Assembly (NCBI GenBank): GCA_010909165.1
Contig: MU008153.1
Location: forward strand, 186,001 to 250,000
Reading direction: 5' to 3'
Length of the DNA: 64,000 bases
Source of the DNA: Anthoceros angustus
Lineage: Eukaryota; Plantae; Anthocerotophyta
The notes below the pieces were generated by a model. That model had not been told where the DNA came from. It did no database searches and saw only the letters and a program-made list of their open reading frames with translations. The stretch's first letter is position 1, and every line of letters starts with the position of its first letter. A program made the position numbers and the translations under genes. Shown piece by piece: positions 62,174-64,000 of this stretch.

Positions 62174-64000
62174 TCGTAAGTGACATCTTTGGTGGAAAGA
62201 GGAGGAGGAGGAGGAGGCAAGTGTAGCTCTCTCTCACATTGAGATGAGGCTTGGAGGTATTTATACCTCCAATAGGCTCCTAGGAAGCTCCACAAGAAGC
62301 TCCTAGGAAGGAGCACAAGAAGCTTCCTAGTGATTAGCTTAAGCTAAACTAATGATACTTAATCGACACCTAACTTAGACTAAGTGTATTAGTCTAAGTA
62401 CATTGGGCTTTAATACCCTTACAACCTCCCACTTAAAGGCCAATTTACCTTCGTGGAGAATGGACTACTCATGCCCATGTCCGAGCTTGTGCAAATTGTC
62501 AGAGAGTCCCTTGGTAAGAATATCTAGGTTCGCCGGTGTGAACCTTGACAAGTTGTACCCTCTTGTCAACACCTCTCGAATGAAGTGATACTTCACATCC
62601 ACATGTTTAGTCTTCGCATGAAACATCGGATTCTTTGCCAATTGATAGCACCTATCACAATGCAACACCGGCACTCAACCTTGATCCCCAAGTCTCCCAC
62701 TAAACGAGCAAGCCATATGGCTTCCTTGCCCCGCCACGCAACATACTCTCCGTGGTAGATAGCGAATGCACGATCGCAAACGAGATCGCCATGAGATCGC
62801 CTCCAAAGGCACGTGAAGACATAACTCGATGTGGACCTCCTTTTGTCCATATCCTCGTGATAATCGTATCTGTACCCAACCACACATGCATCTTCACTAC
62901 CAAAACATATGCACAAAGCTTTTGTACCATTCGGATACCTCATAACTCCTTTTATCGCCTCCCAATGCTTCTTGCTGTGGTTTGACATAAACCGCTAACC
63001 ACTCCCACGCAAAGGCAATGTCGGACGCAGTAGCAATCATTGCATACATCAAACTCCTACCTGATGAGTATGGGACCTTCTCCATTTCACTTTGTCCTCC
63101 TCGTAGCTTGGGCAATCCGCTTGAAAGTTTCACATATGGAGGCAATGGAGTACCCAATGGCTTCCCTTCTCCATGTTGAAACGTTGAAGCACTCAATGTA
63201 TTCCCGAGACAAATAAAGCGCTTATGTCTCTGCTCCGACGAATACGCATGCCAAGTATATGGCTCGCCTCTCCCAAGTCTGTCATTTCAAAGTGAGCATT
63301 CAACTTTGACTTCCAAATCTCATCAAGACTGCTCCCAAAGAATTAGCATATCATCCACATAGAGGATCAAAATGAGCAAGCTTTGATCCTTAGCTTGTCA
63401 GATAGAGGCAATGATCCTCATCGCTACGCTTGTAGCCTTGAGAAAGCATAAATGAGTGGAACTTGTGATACCACTGGGTGCCTTTTCAAACCATAAAGGC
63501 TCTTCCTCAACCTGCACACTTCTCTTTGCCCTTCTCAACAAAACCTTCGTTCGCATGTAGACCTCTTGAAGGTCACCATGCAAGAATGCCGCCTTGACAT
63601 CCATCCGCAGTTCCATATCATTCTCGCAACCAAAGCAAGAACACATCGCAAAGTTGTCATTTTGACTATGGTGAGAAAATCTCATCAAAGTCAATGCCGT
63701 TGTTGCTTGAAACCCTTAGCAACCAATCTTGTACTTTGTGCCATCAAGGTATGACCTTCATCTTGTACACCCATTTGCACAGTGCCTTCTTATCCTAGGC
63801 AAAACCAACTCCCAAGTTTGGTTCTTATGCACAATTCATTTCGATCGCATGGCCTTCTCCCACTTCTTTGTCGCTGACATGGCCTCTTTGTAAGAAGAGG
63901 GTTCCCCACACTCGTCACATAACATAATCCGTAGATGGATCATACCGCCGTGAGGTCGTAATCCCCGCCTCGACCCACGGCATGTGCACCTCTATAGGTG
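62174..64000 (-). mobile_element. Ty1/Copia retrotransposon 3-prime part: RT-RNase H, PPT (62435-62424) and ~250-bp 3-prime LTR (62423 to ~62174)
   Basis: Minus strand: MDVKAAFLHGDL, LYVDDML, RRSTSSYVFT, NPMFHAKTKHVDVKYHFIRE, DILTKGL. The purine tract AAGTGGGAGGT is directly followed by TGTAAGGG; the LTR ends ...GTCACTTAC(G)A. Frameshifted. Confidence 0.92.

Overview
Eukaryotic nuclear DNA from a seed-free land plant. A hornwort-like compact genome with ~60-150 nt introns is my inference from the PPR subtypes and gene density; ferns and lycophytes are not excluded. Host genes: the first exon of an MS1/MMD1-like PHD gene, two PLS-class PPR RNA-editing factors (one with a complete DYW:KP/DRH deaminase domain, one with a truncated WW-type tail), a 945-aa uncharacterised protein, an MDP-1-like HAD phosphatase, a large ARM-repeat protein, a ZTP29-like ZIP transporter, a bromodomain protein, an S-adenosylmethionine carrier and a PIG-Y-like subunit. 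Many transposon relics lie between them: a Copia with a nested CACTA element, two CRE-like RLE LINE fragments, a PIF/Harbinger with both ORFs, further LINE fragments, MITE-like inverted repeats, and a Ty3/Gypsy element carrying a frameshifted C5 DNA-methyltransferase domain that is cut at its catalytic motif by a second Copia. The most notable items are the retrotransposon-borne DNA methyltransferase and the candidate U-to-C RNA editing enzyme. Repeat regions have dense small indels that may be uncorrected long-read errors. No tRNA, rRNA or CRISPR array was recognised.
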